From Alphaproteobacteria bacterium (GTDB lineage Bacteria; Pseudomonadota; Alphaproteobacteria; Bin95): a stretch of 64,000 nucleotides of DNA. This document shows positions 1-9,900 of the stretch, piece by piece. The translations under genes and the position numbers were made by a program. Under the pieces are notes generated by a model. It made no database searches and had not been told where the DNA came from. It worked only from the letters and a program-made list of their open reading frames with translations. The stretch covers positions 1,504,001 through 1,568,000 of the forward strand of contig CBDBGH010000003.1 of the NCBI GenBank assembly GCA_965205265.1. The letters run 5' to 3'. Numbering within the stretch: the stretch's first letter is position 1; every line of letters starts with the position of its first letter.

Positions 1-995
1 TCACCCTGCAGCTTTACGACCACGGCACGGCCACGCAGCGCAAGGGCGCCTGCTGCGCCGGCCAGGACATCCACGACGCCCGCGCGGTCGCGGACCGGAT
101 CGGCATCCCGCATTACGTGCTCGACTATGAGAGCCGCTTCCGGGCCGCTGTCATGGAAGACTTCGCCGACAGCTATCTCGCCGGCGAGACGCCGCTGCCC
201 TGCGTGCAGTGCAACCGGACGGTGAAGTTCCGCGACCTGCTGGCGACGGCGCGGGACCTCGACGCGGCCGCGCTCGCCACCGGCCATTATGTGCAGCGCC
301 TGCCGGGGCCGGAACTGCGCCGGGCCGCCGACAGCGGCAAGGACCAGAGCTATTTCCTGTTCGCGACCACCCGCGACCAGCTCGATTTCCTGCGTTTTCC
401 GCTGGGCGGCATGCGCAAGGACCGCGTGCGGCGGGAAGCGGCGCGGCTCGCCCTGCCGGTGGCGGCGAAGCCGGACAGCCAGGACATCTGCTTCGTGCCG
501 GACGGCCGCTACGCCGACATCGTCGCGCGGCTGCGCCCCGGCGCGCTGGAGCCGGGCGAGATCGTGGACCGGGACGGCCATGTGCTCGGCCGCCATGAGG
601 GCATCGTCAACTTCACCGTCGGCCAGCGGCGCGGGCTGGACCTGGGCAACGCCGCCGACGGCGAGCGGCTTTACGTGCTGGCGCTCGACCCGGAGCGCCG
701 CAGGGTCGTCGTCGGACCCCGCGAGGCGCTCGGACGCCGGCGCTTCCGGGTCCGCAAGGTGAATTGGCTCGGCGACGGCGATGCGCCGGCAGAGGGGCAG
801 AAGGCCGAGGTGCGTATCCGGTCGAGCGCCCCGCCCCGGCCGGCAGTCCTCCATCCGCAGAACGACGGCGTGGAAATCCTTCTGGACGAGCCGGAATTCG
901 GCATCGCCGCCGGGCAGGCCGCGGTTTTCTACGATGGCGACCGGGTTCTCGGCGGCGGCTGGATCGTCCGGGAGCAGGGGAATCCGACCGGCTAG
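1..995 (+). CDS. mnmA: tRNA-specific 2-thiouridylase MnmA (5'-truncated by window edge)
   Basis: Motifs [50 protein letters not shown]; the frame is open from the window start. Confidence 0.96.
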   Translation, partial: TLQLYDHGTATQRKGACCAGQDIHDARAVADRIGIPHYVLDYESRFRAAVMEDFADSYLAGETPLPCVQCNRTVKFRDLLATARDLDAAALATGHYVQRLPGPELRRAADSGKDQSYFLFATTRDQLDFLRFPLGGMRKDRVRREAARLALPVAAKPDSQDICFVPDGRYADIVARLRPGALEPGEIVDRDGHVLGRHEGIVNFTVGQRRGLDLGNAADGERLYVLALDPERRRVVVGPREALGRRRFRVRKVNWLGDGDAPAEGQKAEVRIRSSAPPRPAVLHPQNDGVEILLDEPEFGIAAGQAAVFYDGDRVLGGGWIVREQGNPTG

Positions 996-2046
996 AGCGG
1001 AATCCGATCATGTTGCGGAGTATCCTGCGGCGTTGAAGTAGTTTTTGCATTCTTGCGGTGAGAAGGTCTGGGAGATTTGTCCGATGGTGTTCCAGAGGCC
1101 GTCGACAGTTCTCTCGGCAGCTTTTCGTAGCCTTGCCTTGAGCTTTGCGAAGGCGAGTTCGATGGGATTGAAGTCAGGGCTGTAGGGCGGCAGGAAGAGG
1201 AGTTGCGCGCCGGCGTCCTCGATCATCTTGCAAACCCTGGGTCCCTTGTGGCTTGAGAGGTTGTCCATGACGACGATATCGCCGGGCCTCAGTTCGGGGA
1301 CGAGGACCACTTTGACGTAGGCCTCGAAGGCATCGCGGTCGATGGCGCCGGAGAGCACGAAGGGGGCAATCATGCCGCGCGGCGTGAGCCCGGCGACGAA
1401 GGTGGTTGTGTTCCAGTGTCCGTGAGGGACGGCCATGCGCAGACGTTTGCCGCGCGGGGCCCAGCCGTGGGTGCGGGCCATGTTGGTCTTGGCCCCTGTC
1501 TCATCGATGAACACCAGCCGGTCGGGGTCGAGGCCGGGCTGGCTGTCGCGCCAGGTGCGCCGTCGGCTCAGCACGTCCGGGCGATCCTGCTCCGCCGCCT
1601 GGCCGGTCTTTTTTTGCGCGTGATGGCGTGGCGCACGAGGAAGCGCTGTATCGCCCCGTAGCTGAAGGCGAGGCCCCGGTCCCCGAGAGCCGCGCGCAAC
1701 TCCTCGATGGTCATGTCCCGCTTCTCCTCAAGAAGACCCAGGATCACATCGCGCTGCGCTTCGATCCGCCCCGAGCGACGGTCCCCGCCAAGCGCCTTCG
1801 GGCGCGCGTCTCCCTGTTCGCGCGCCAGCGCACGCCAGCGGCTCACGCTCGCCGCACTCACCCCAAAACGCGCACCGGCCGCTCTATGGCTCATGCCCGC
1901 ACATACCGCCGACAGAACCCGATTACGAAGATCAAGGGAAAGCGCTTTCGGCATCTCAGCCGGCCTCCTCATCCCGGCCGACAGCTTGAATCACAAATCA
2001 ATCGCCCCGTGAATCCCCCTCGATTCAATCAGGTCAGATCATGCTC
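995..2046 (-). mobile_element. IS630-family insertion sequence
   Basis: TA duplicated at 993-994 and 2047-2048; imperfect terminal inverted repeats (TAGAGCGGAATCCGATC vs reverse complement TAGAGCATGATCTGACC); encloses HTH and DDE ORFs. Confidence 0.92.
1008..1954 (-). CDS. IS630 transposase (orfA HTH 1568-1954 joined to orfB DDE by -1 frameshift)
   Basis: orfA MPKALSLDLRNRV HTH; orfB FIDETG, VMDNLSSHK, LPPYSPDFNPIE; slippery AAAAAAAG on the minus strand at 1608-1615. Confidence 0.92.
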
Positions 2047-2822
2047 TAGCCCTTGCGCTTCGCCAGGCGCTCCAGCGTTTCGGCGATCATCCGTTTCGGT
2101 TCGTCGGTCTCCATGGCGCGCACGAGGCTGCGGATGCCGGCCTGGATCGCGTCGCCTACCGGCATCGCTTCCCATTCGCGAATCAGCTCTTTCTGCAGCC
2201 GGATGGCGCGCGGGCCGCCTTCCAGAATCCGTTCGACCCAATGCTCGACCGCATCGTCGAGTTCCCCGGCGGGCACGACTTTCTCCACCAGCCCCCAGGA
2301 GAGCGCTTCCGCCGCGTCGATATTCTCGCCCGTGTAGCAGAGCAGCTTCGCCCTGCCCCAGCCGATCAGTTGCGGAAAGAGCGCCGCCTCCACGACCGAC
2401 GGCAGACCGACCCTGACCTCCGGCATGCCGAGCACGGCATTGTCCGACGCCACCCGCATATCGCAGGCCGCCGCCACCTCCAGCCCGGCGCCGAGGCAAT
2501 AGCCGTTGATCCGCCCGATCACCGGCACGGGGCAGTCCCGCAGCGCCTTCGACATGAGGTGGATGCGGGTAATGAAGGCGCGGCCGGACACGGGGTCGAG
2601 GGTGCCGAGTTCGCGCAGGTCCGCCCCGCCCATGAACGCCTTGGGGCCGTTGCCGGTCACCACGACCGCTCGGAGGTCGCTCCGTTCCGAAAATGCATTG
2701 ACCGCATCGGCGAATGCCTGCGCCGTCGCGCCGCTCAGGCAATTCAAGCGGCGCTCATTGTCGATGGCGACGCGGGCCACGCCGCGTTCGTCAATGCTGG
2801 CTTCGATCAATCCTTCAGGCAT
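2046..2822 (-). CDS. enoyl-CoA hydratase/isomerase family protein
   Basis: AFMGGADL, NGYCLGAGLE, MPEVRVG crotonase motifs; GGAGGGG RBS upstream. Confidence 0.9.
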   Translation of the reverse strand: MPEGLIEASIDERGVARVAIDNERRLNCLSGATAQAFADAVNAFSERSDLRAVVVTGNGPKAFMGGADLRELGTLDPVSGRAFITRIHLMSKALRDCPVPVIGRINGYCLGAGLEVAAACDMRVASDNAVLGMPEVRVGLPSVVEAALFPQLIGWGRAKLLCYTGENIDAAEALSWGLVEKVVPAGELDDAVEHWVERILEGGPRAIRLQKELIREWEAMPVGDAIQAGIRSLVRAMETDEPKRMIAETLERLAKRKG

Positions 2823-2887
2823 CCGCCGCAAGCCCCTCCAATGTCCTGGTTACAAAGGTCGTATGACTTCGGTTCAGCGACACCGCC

Positions 2888-2972
2888 GTCATGGCCGGAC
2901 TTGTTCCGGCCATCCACTCCTCATACTGCATCCGCCCCCGAGAGAGATGCCCGGAACAAGTCCGGGCATGAC
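2888..2972. repeat. REP/RPE-like palindromic element, family A (GTCATGSCCGGACTTGTTCCGG...CCGGAACAAGTCCGGGCATGAC)
   Basis: Two inverted arms, each a hairpin; near-identical to copies at 25702-25787 and 31745-31830. Confidence 0.9.
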
Positions 2973-3018
2973 GAGAGAGGACGCAGCACGAAGGCACCCG
3001 AACTTCTCCGTCACGGCA

Positions 3019-3801
3019 CTAAAACAGCGAATAGGCGCCGTCGATGACGAAGGTGTCGCCGGAGTGGTAGCGGCTGGCGTCGGAGACGAGATAGACCGCG
3101 ATGCCGCCGAAATCCTCCTTCTCCCCCCAGCGGCCCGCCGGCACCCGCGGCAGCACGGCGTCGCGGAAGCGGTCCCAGTTAAAGGCGGGCTCCGTCATCG
3201 GGGTCTCGATCCAGCCCGGCAGCACGCTGTTGGCGCGGATGCCGTTGCGCCCGTATTCGACCGCGAGCGCGCGCATCATGGCGATCAGTGCGCCCTTGCC
3301 GGCGCCGTAATGCTCGCCCCGCGCCTGGCCCATGATGGCGGCGAGGCTCGATGTCGCGGCCAGCGAACCGGCGATCCCCTGCTCAACCATGTGGCCCGCT
3401 GCCGCGCGGAGCGTGAAGAACACGCCGTCCAGATTGACGTCCAGCACCCGGCGCCATTCCGCCGTCGTCATGGTCGAGAAACCGCCCTTGAGCGCGCGGC
3501 GGTCCGAGGAGACGCCGGCATTGGCGAAGCAGGCGGTGACCTTGCCGAGTGCGGCCACCGTCTCCGCGAAGCGTTCGGCGACCTCTTCCTCGTCGGACAC
3601 ATCGCAGCGCAAGGCCAGCGATTTCACATCGTACTGCCGCAGCACTTCGAGCGCGGCGGCGTTCTTTTCCTCGTTCGTGCCCCAGATGCAGACATCGCCG
3701 CCCGCCTGCGCGATGGCTTCCGCGAAGCCGAGGCCGATGCCGCTGTTGCCGCCGGTAATCAGCGCCGCCTTGCCGGCGAGGTTGAAAGGCTCATAGGCCA
3801 T
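3019..3801 (-). CDS. short-chain dehydrogenase/reductase
   Basis: TGGNSGIG, ANAG, YGAGK (YxxxK), PGWIETPM. Confidence 0.92.
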   Translation of the reverse strand: MAYEPFNLAGKAALITGGNSGIGLGFAEAIAQAGGDVCIWGTNEEKNAAALEVLRQYDVKSLALRCDVSDEEEVAERFAETVAALGKVTACFANAGVSSDRRALKGGFSTMTTAEWRRVLDVNLDGVFFTLRAAAGHMVEQGIAGSLAATSSLAAIMGQARGEHYGAGKGALIAMMRALAVEYGRNGIRANSVLPGWIETPMTEPAFNWDRFRDAVLPRVPAGRWGEKEDFGGIAVYLVSDASRYHSGDTFVIDGAYSLF

Positions 3802-3831
3802 GGATTGCGCTTCCTTTCACGGGCGCCGGGT

Positions 3832-5205
3832 TTACATGCCCGGAGGAGTCCCCAGGCGGCGGGAGGCAGGGCCGATAACGGATTCGACCGCGAGGCCGAT
3901 GGAAATCAACCGCTCATCCATGCCGCGCCCGGCGAGGAGTTGCAGGCCGACCGGCATGCCGTTGCCGTCGAGGCCAGCCGGGATCGTAAGCCCGCAAAGC
4001 TCAAGCAGGTTGCCCGGCATGGTGTTGCGGAGCGCGGCCATGTTGTGCGTCCGGTAGCCTTCGCCCTCGGCTGCGTGCTGCAGCAGCGGGGCGGTAATCG
4101 GCGTCGTCGGCCCGACGATTGCGTCGATGCCGGCAAGCCGGGCGTTCGCTGCCGCGGCCGCGCGCGCGATCCGCATCTTCCGCCCCATATACTCCGTCGA
4201 GGTCAATGTCCCGAAGGCCTCGAAGCGGCTGCGGACATTCGGGTCGAGCGTCGCCTTGAATTCGGGCAGTTCGTTTTCGATGAAAGCAACGAACTCGGGC
4301 ACTGCCAGCCCGCCTTCCGCGAAGATCGCCCTGGCGTCGGCCATTTCCGGCAAGTCGAAGGATTCCACGGTCACGCCGCGACTTTCCAGCTCGCCAAGGG
4401 CAGCGCGCACGATCTCCGCCACGCCCGGACCGCAGTCCTCGAACAGGCTCTTGATCACGCCGAGCCTGAGGTGGGCCGGGTCCGCGGGCTCCGGCGGCGT
4501 CCGGCAGATCGGGTCTATCGCCGCGAAGGCAAGAGCTGCGTCCGCGACCGAGCGGGTCAAGACACCGGCGGTATCGAGAGACGGGCTGAGCGGCACGATG
4601 CCCTGGAGCGACCAGCGTCCGTAGCTCGTCTTGAGGCCGACCGTGCCGGTGAAGCTCGCCGGAACGCGCACCGAACCCGCCGTGTCGGAGCCGAGCGCCG
4701 CGACTGCCGTGCCCTCCAGCAGCGAGACGCCGGCCCCGGCGCTGGAGCCGCCCGGCACGCGGTGCGACTCGCCGCCCCAGGGGTTGCGCGGCGTGCCCCA
4801 GTGCAGGTTCGACCCGATGCCGCCGAAAGCGAACTCGACCGTGTGCGTCTTGCCGGTAATGACGGCGAGGCCGTTTCGCACGGCCGCGACGACCGGCCCT
4901 TCTGCCTCCCAGGAGGCGGGCAGCGGCTTCGGGGCGCCGGCATGGGTTGGCGTTCCGGCAAGCCCGAACAGGTCCTTGACCGACACCGGCAGGCCCTGCA
5001 ACGGCCCGAAATCGAGACCCTCGGCGAAGGCGGCATCGGCCAGATCGGCCGCGCGGGCAGCGTGGCCCGGCATCCACAGCTTGTAGGCGCCGAGCGCCTC
5101 GTTGCGGTTTTGAAGCGCCTGCTCCAGCAGGCCGCGCGCCGTCGCCCGGCCGGCCCGCAGCGCCTGGCCGAGTTCGGCAATGGTGGCAGAGTAAATGTCG
5201 GTCAT
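3832..5205 (-). CDS. amidase signature family protein
   Basis: GLPVSVKD, PGGSSAG, GSDTAGSVRVPAS (Ser-cisSer-Lys triad). Confidence 0.92.
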   Translation of the reverse strand: MTDIYSATIAELGQALRAGRATARGLLEQALQNRNEALGAYKLWMPGHAARAADLADAAFAEGLDFGPLQGLPVSVKDLFGLAGTPTHAGAPKPLPASWEAEGPVVAAVRNGLAVITGKTHTVEFAFGGIGSNLHWGTPRNPWGGESHRVPGGSSAGAGVSLLEGTAVAALGSDTAGSVRVPASFTGTVGLKTSYGRWSLQGIVPLSPSLDTAGVLTRSVADAALAFAAIDPICRTPPEPADPAHLRLGVIKSLFEDCGPGVAEIVRAALGELESRGVTVESFDLPEMADARAIFAEGGLAVPEFVAFIENELPEFKATLDPNVRSRFEAFGTLTSTEYMGRKMRIARAAAAANARLAGIDAIVGPTTPITAPLLQHAAEGEGYRTHNMAALRNTMPGNLLELCGLTIPAGLDGNGMPVGLQLLAGRGMDERLISIGLAVESVIGPASRRLGTPPGM

Positions 5206-5303
5206 CGCGCTCCGACTGTAGGACGCGGCCCGGCAAAATCCTAGCTGCGGCCGCCCCGGTTCGTGCTTAAATGCCCGCAGCCGCAGACGACGAGGAATGC
5301 CCG

Positions 5304-6272
5304 ATGCCGAGCTTCACCGTGGAACTCGAAGCCCCCGATATATCGCCATACAAATCCGGCAATACCGGCATCGATTATGTCCACCGTTTCGACAGCGGCG
5401 CGCCGGGCCCGCATGTGCTCGTCAATGCCATCACCCACGGCAACGAGATTTGCGGAGCCATCGCGCTCGATTTCCTGTTCCGCGAGCGCATCCGGCCGCG
5501 GCGGGGCGTGCTGACGCTTTCCTTCGCCAATATTGCGGCCTATGAGCGTTTCAGCCCAAGGGATCCCGGCGCGTCGCGGTTCGTCGATGAGGACTTCAAC
5601 CGGGTGTGGACGCTCGAAACCCTGGAGGGGCCGCGGCAGAGTGTCGAGCTTGCGCGCGCCCGCGAACTCCGCCCCACGTTCGAGCAGGCCGACTTCCTGC
5701 TGGATGTCCATTCCATGAGCACGGCGTCGGTCCCGCTCATGCTCTGCCACGGCCTGGAGAAAGAGCGCACCTTCGCCCTCAAGGTGGGCTATCCGGGAAC
5801 GATCGTCTGCGGGCCGGGCCATGTGGAAGGTCTCAGGATGATCGAGCACAGGCCCTTCAACGACCCGGCGAACCCGCAGGTGGCGCTGCTCGTGGAGGCG
5901 GGCGAGCACTGGGCGTCTTCAACGGCCGTGCATGCGCTCGATACCGTGCTGCGCTTTCTCGCTGCCTCGGGAAGCCTCGACTTCGCCGATGTCCAAGCCC
6001 ATATCGCCGACAGGGCGCCGCCCCGGCCGCGCCTGCTGGAGGTGACCGATGGCATCGTCGCTCGGACCGACCGGTTCCGCTTTATGGCGCCCTATGTCGG
6101 CTGCGAGGTGTTCGAGCGGGCCGGCACGGTCATCGCCCGCGACGGCGACCGGGACATCGCGACGCCCTATGACGGAGCGATCCTGATCATGCCGAACCAC
6201 TCCGGCCCCGGGCCGGGACGCAAGGGGCGCATTTGCCGCCCGATCGGCGAAGGAAGCGCCGATGGCGCATAA
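5304..6272 (+). CDS. succinylglutamate desuccinylase/aspartoacylase (M14) family protein
   Basis: HGNE, DFNR, DVHS, EAG motifs; GAGGA RBS before ATG 5304. Confidence 0.85.
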   Translation: MPSFTVELEAPDISPYKSGNTGIDYVHRFDSGAPGPHVLVNAITHGNEICGAIALDFLFRERIRPRRGVLTLSFANIAAYERFSPRDPGASRFVDEDFNRVWTLETLEGPRQSVELARARELRPTFEQADFLLDVHSMSTASVPLMLCHGLEKERTFALKVGYPGTIVCGPGHVEGLRMIEHRPFNDPANPQVALLVEAGEHWASSTAVHALDTVLRFLAASGSLDFADVQAHIADRAPPRPRLLEVTDGIVARTDRFRFMAPYVGCEVFERAGTVIARDGDRDIATPYDGAILIMPNHSGPGPGRKGRICRPIGEGSADGA

Positions 6273-6987
6273 GGCCCGGCGGAGCACCGCGCGGCGAACG
6301 CGCGTCCGGGCGGCCCGGTTCGGCCGCAGCCTGCCGCTTCGGTTCCGCAACTATGTGATTGCCGGCGTCCTCGTCACCGCTCCCATCGGCATTACCGCGT
6401 GGCTCGCGTGGCAGATCGTCCAGTTCTTCGATTCGAGAATCCGGGGAATCATCCCCGAAGGCTACAACCCGGAACAGTATCTGCCCTTCTCGATACCGGG
6501 CATCGGCTTGATTATCTTCGTAATTGCGCTTTCGTTGGTCGGCTACCTGGCTGCCGGCCTGATGGGCCGGACAATGATCCGGGCCGGCGAGCGCCTGTTG
6601 AACCGCATGCCGGTCGTGCGCACCGTCTATGGCGCGCTCAAGCAGATTTTCGAAACCGTGCTGGCGCACAAGTCCTCGGCCTTCCGGCAGGTGGTGCTTG
6701 TGGAATATCCGCGGCGCGGCCTCTGGTGCCTCGCCTTCGTTTCGGGCGTGACCGAGGGCGAAGTACAGAACCTGACGGAAGACGAGCTGGTGAACATCTT
6801 CCTGCCGACGACGCCCAACCCCACTTCCGGCTTCCTCCTGTTCGTGCCGAGGAGGGACCTGACGCCGCTTTCCATGACCGTCGAGGAGGGCATCAAGATG
6901 GTGGTCTCCGGCGGCATTGTGACGCCGCCCGACCGGCGTCCCGAGGAAGAGCGCAGCATCCCGAAAATTCCGGCCGAATCGACGTGA
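6262..6987 (+). CDS. DUF502 membrane protein
   Basis: N-terminal TM helices, VVLVEYPRRG, FLPTTPNPTSGFL. Confidence 0.9.
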   Translation: MAHKARRSTARRTRVRAARFGRSLPLRFRNYVIAGVLVTAPIGITAWLAWQIVQFFDSRIRGIIPEGYNPEQYLPFSIPGIGLIIFVIALSLVGYLAAGLMGRTMIRAGERLLNRMPVVRTVYGALKQIFETVLAHKSSAFRQVVLVEYPRRGLWCLAFVSGVTEGEVQNLTEDELVNIFLPTTPNPTSGFLLFVPRRDLTPLSMTVEEGIKMVVSGGIVTPPDRRPEEERSIPKIPAEST

Positions 6988-7799
6988 AGGTGGACCTCGA
7001 AAGGGTTGCGTCGGTCATCCGTGAGACCGCCGCAGCCGAGATGGTGCGGCAATTCACCGATCTCGACCCCGGCGATATCGGCGAAAAGTCCCCCAACGAT
7101 TTCGTCACCGCCGTCGATCTGGCGATGGAGGCGCGCTTCGCAAAGCGGCTGCCGGACCTGCTGCCGGGCTCGGTGCTGGTCGGCGAGGAGGCCGCCGCGG
7201 CCGACCCGGGCGTGCTCGACCGCCTGGGCGAAGACCGGCCCGTCTGGGTCGTCGATCCGCTGGACGGAACGGCGAATTTCGCGTCCGGCTATCCGCTCTT
7301 CTGCACCATCGTGGCGCTTGTGTCCGGCGGCGAGACGGTAGCGGGCTGGATCTACGACCCGTTCTCCGAGCGCATGGCGGCGGCGGAGCGCGGCGGCGGC
7401 GCCTTCATGGGCGAACGCAGGCTCAACGTGATCCGGCCCGCCAGCCTGCGCGACATGAACGGCGCGATCTACGGGTACAAGTTCCGGTCGAGCGACGCCT
7501 ATCGCGAGATCTGGGGGCGCGGGCGGGGGCAGCTCGGCCACTGTTTCAATACGCGCTGCGTCGGGCAGGAATATCTCGCGCGCCTCATCGGGCGGGCGCA
7601 TTTCGGCCTTTATACCCGGCTCAATCCCTGGGACCATGCCGCCGGCTGCCTGCTGCACGAGGAAGCGGGCGGCGCGGCCGCCATGCATGACGGCGCGCCC
7701 TACCGGCCGCTGGGGCCGCGCCAGGGCCTGCTGGTGGCGCCGGACTGGGACATCTGGCGCCAGATCGAGACTGACCTGATCCGCCGCGTCCCGCTATGA
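6984..7799 (+). CDS. inositol monophosphatase family protein
   Basis: GEE, WVVDPLDGTANF, PWDHAAG; GTG start overlaps the DUF502 stop. Confidence 0.9.
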   Translation: MKVDLERVASVIRETAAAEMVRQFTDLDPGDIGEKSPNDFVTAVDLAMEARFAKRLPDLLPGSVLVGEEAAAADPGVLDRLGEDRPVWVVDPLDGTANFASGYPLFCTIVALVSGGETVAGWIYDPFSERMAAAERGGGAFMGERRLNVIRPASLRDMNGAIYGYKFRSSDAYREIWGRGRGQLGHCFNTRCVGQEYLARLIGRAHFGLYTRLNPWDHAAGCLLHEEAGGAAAMHDGAPYRPLGPRQGLLVAPDWDIWRQIETDLIRRVPL

Positions 7800-7833
7800 T
7801 GAGGGCGGTTCCCGGAATGCGGATTTCACCACC

Positions 7834-8709
7834 ATGAACACAGCTTCGCTTGCATTCGTCGGCCTGGGCGTCATGGGCTTCCCGATGGCGGGGCACCTTG
7901 CCGCGGCCGGCCACAAGGTCACCGTCTATAACCGCACCCGCGAGAAGGCCGAGGCCTGGACCGCTGCCCACTCCGGCGATAGCGCCGCAACGCCCCGCGA
8001 GGCGGCGGCGGGCGCAGACATCGTGTTCTCCTGCGTGGGCAACGACGGCGACGTGCGCAGCGTCGTCTATGGCGAGGACGGCATCTTCGCCGGCATCCGG
8101 CCGGGCTCGGTGTTCGTGGACCACACCACCGCCTCGGCGGACCTGGCGCGCGAACTCTATGCGGAAGGCAAGGAACGCGGCATCGCCTGCATCGACGCGC
8201 CGGTGTCGGGCGGCCAGGCGGGCGCAGAGAACGGCGTGCTCACCGTCATGTGCGGCGGCGACAGCGAGCCCTTCGAGCGCGCCCGGCCGGCCATGACCTG
8301 CTACGGGCGGGCGGTGACGCTGCTGGGGGCGCCCGGCAACGGGCAACTCACCAAGATGGTGAACCAGATCGCGATAGCCGGCCTGCTGCAGGGGCTGTCC
8401 GAGGCGCTCAATATGGGCCTCAAGGCCGGACTCGACATGCCGCTCGTGCTGGAGGTCATTTCCAAGGGTGCCGCAGGCTCCTGGCAGATGGACAATCGCG
8501 GCCAGACCATGATCGACGACAAGTTCGACTTCGGCTTCGCCGTGGACTGGATGCGCAAGGACCTCGCGATCTGCCTGGCGGAAGCCGAGCGCAACGGCGC
8601 GCGCCTGCCGATGACCGCCGCCATCGACCAGTTCTACAAGCATGTCCAGCAGGAAGGCGGCGGGCGCTGGGACACCTCCGCCCTCATCCACCTGCTGCGC
8701 AATACCTGA
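7834..8709 (+). CDS. 3-hydroxyisobutyrate dehydrogenase-family NAD(P)-dependent oxidoreductase
   Basis: FVGLGVMG, DAPVSGG, KMVNQ, WMRKDL. Confidence 0.9.
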   Translation: MNTASLAFVGLGVMGFPMAGHLAAAGHKVTVYNRTREKAEAWTAAHSGDSAATPREAAAGADIVFSCVGNDGDVRSVVYGEDGIFAGIRPGSVFVDHTTASADLARELYAEGKERGIACIDAPVSGGQAGAENGVLTVMCGGDSEPFERARPAMTCYGRAVTLLGAPGNGQLTKMVNQIAIAGLLQGLSEALNMGLKAGLDMPLVLEVISKGAAGSWQMDNRGQTMIDDKFDFGFAVDWMRKDLAICLAEAERNGARLPMTAAIDQFYKHVQQEGGGRWDTSALIHLLRNT

Positions 8710-8715
8710 GGCACG

Positions 8716-8905
8716 GTCAGGCGTTCGGAGGAAATCCACCGGCCGTCACCCGGTTCGTCGCTCCGGTCCCCGAGCCGGAGCCTATCCCCGACTGTTGCGT
8801 CCTGACCGAGGGGCGGGAGATGGACCCCGGCTCTCCGCTACGCTCCGGCCGGGGTGACGATCTTTGGATAGGCCCCACAGGCCTCCGCTTGAGTCAGGCG
8901 TTCGG
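8716..8905. repeat. REP-like palindrome (family B) bracketed by 13-bp direct repeat GTCAGGCGTTCGG
   Basis: Direct repeat at 8716-8728 and 8893-8905; internal arms TCGTCGCTCCGG... and CCCCGGCTCTCCGCTACGCTCCGGCCGGGGTGACGA. Confidence 0.7.
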
Positions 8906-9547
8906 CGACAGGCCCATCTGCCAGAAATCGATCTCGAGGCGCGTCGCGTCGCCGAAAATGCGTTCGAGTCCCGGGAGCCGCGCCGGTCCCCCGCGCCGGG
9001 CGAACAGGTCGTCGAGCTGGGCAATCGCTGCCGCCGCCGTCTCCTGGTACTCCCGGCCGGCATACATCTCGATCCATGCCCCGTAAGGGTTGCCCCTCGC
9101 GGAACTTGCGAGCGCGCGGCCGATTTCCGCATAGCCCACGATGCAGGGCGCGAGCGCGACATGCAGGTCGAGCAGGTCGCCGGCGAGCCCGCGCTCCAGC
9201 ACATAGCGGGTATAGGCCATGGTCGCCGGCGCTTCTGGCAGGGCGGCCATGTCCGCCTCTTCCAGCCCCCAGCCCTTGCAGAAGGCGACGTGGAGGCGCA
9301 TTTCCGTGTCGGCGATGGCAAGCGCGGTTTCCGCCCCGTGGCGGATGTCCGCAAGCGACTCGCCCTTGAACGCCGCCAGCGCATAGGCACGCGCGAAATG
9401 GACCAGGAAAAGGTAGTCCTGCTCCAGATAGCGGCGGAAACAGGCCTCCGGCAGGCTGCCGTCGCCGACGGCGCGCACGAAGGGGTGGTCGATATAGGCC
9501 TGCCAGTCCGCGGATGCGGCCGCTTTCAGCCGGTCGAACAGGGCCAT
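8894..9547 (-). CDS. tenA: TenA / thiaminase II family protein
   Basis: HPFV, YLEQDYLFL, ALAPCIVGY (catalytic Cys), WIEMY, LEIDFW; start overlaps the fdx stop. Confidence 0.88.
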   Translation of the reverse strand: MALFDRLKAAASADWQAYIDHPFVRAVGDGSLPEACFRRYLEQDYLFLVHFARAYALAAFKGESLADIRHGAETALAIADTEMRLHVAFCKGWGLEEADMAALPEAPATMAYTRYVLERGLAGDLLDLHVALAPCIVGYAEIGRALASSARGNPYGAWIEMYAGREYQETAAAAIAQLDDLFARRGGPARLPGLERIFGDATRLEIDFWQMGLSPNA

Positions 9548-9873
9548 CAGAGCAGCGACCGGGTTTCTTCGGGAAGCGAAACGCGAATTCCGTCGAGTTC
9601 GTCCGTCACTGCAATCTGGCACCCGAGCCGCGAGGTCGGCGTCAGGCCGAAGGCAAGGTCGAGCATGTCCTCCTCGTCCTCATCCGGCTCCGCCAGCCTC
9701 TCGTACCAGTCCTCATCGACGATCACATGGCAGGTCGAGCAGGCGAGCGAGCCTTCGCAGGCGCCTTCGATGTCGATGTCGTATTTGCGCGAGATTTCCA
9801 GAATCGTCATGCCCGCCGGCGGCTCGACTGTCTGCTCGCTTCCATCCGGGCTGACAAAGGTAATCTTCGGCAT
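9547..9873 (-). CDS. fdx: adrenodoxin-type 2Fe-2S ferredoxin
   Basis: [14 protein letters not shown]...SRLGCQ. Confidence 0.93.
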   Translation of the reverse strand: MPKITFVSPDGSEQTVEPPAGMTILEISRKYDIDIEGACEGSLACSTCHVIVDEDWYERLAEPDEDEEDMLDLAFGLTPTSRLGCQIAVTDELDGIRVSLPEETRSLL

Positions 9874-9900
9874 AACACCCATCCTGTAAGGCGCGCCTTC

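Noticed and set aside
979-1007. 9-bp direct repeat GGAATCCGA at the IS left junction
   Set aside because: One copy is in mnmA and the other inside the IS end, so it is not a TSD; probably chance
1008-1972. Transposase pseudogene
   Set aside because: The split coincides with a canonical slippery sequence and the DDE residues are intact
2506-5244. 912-aa plus-strand ORF
   Set aside because: Antisense shadow of the hydratase, SDR and amidase genes; Arg/Ala/Gly-rich with no motifs, as expected in high-GC DNA
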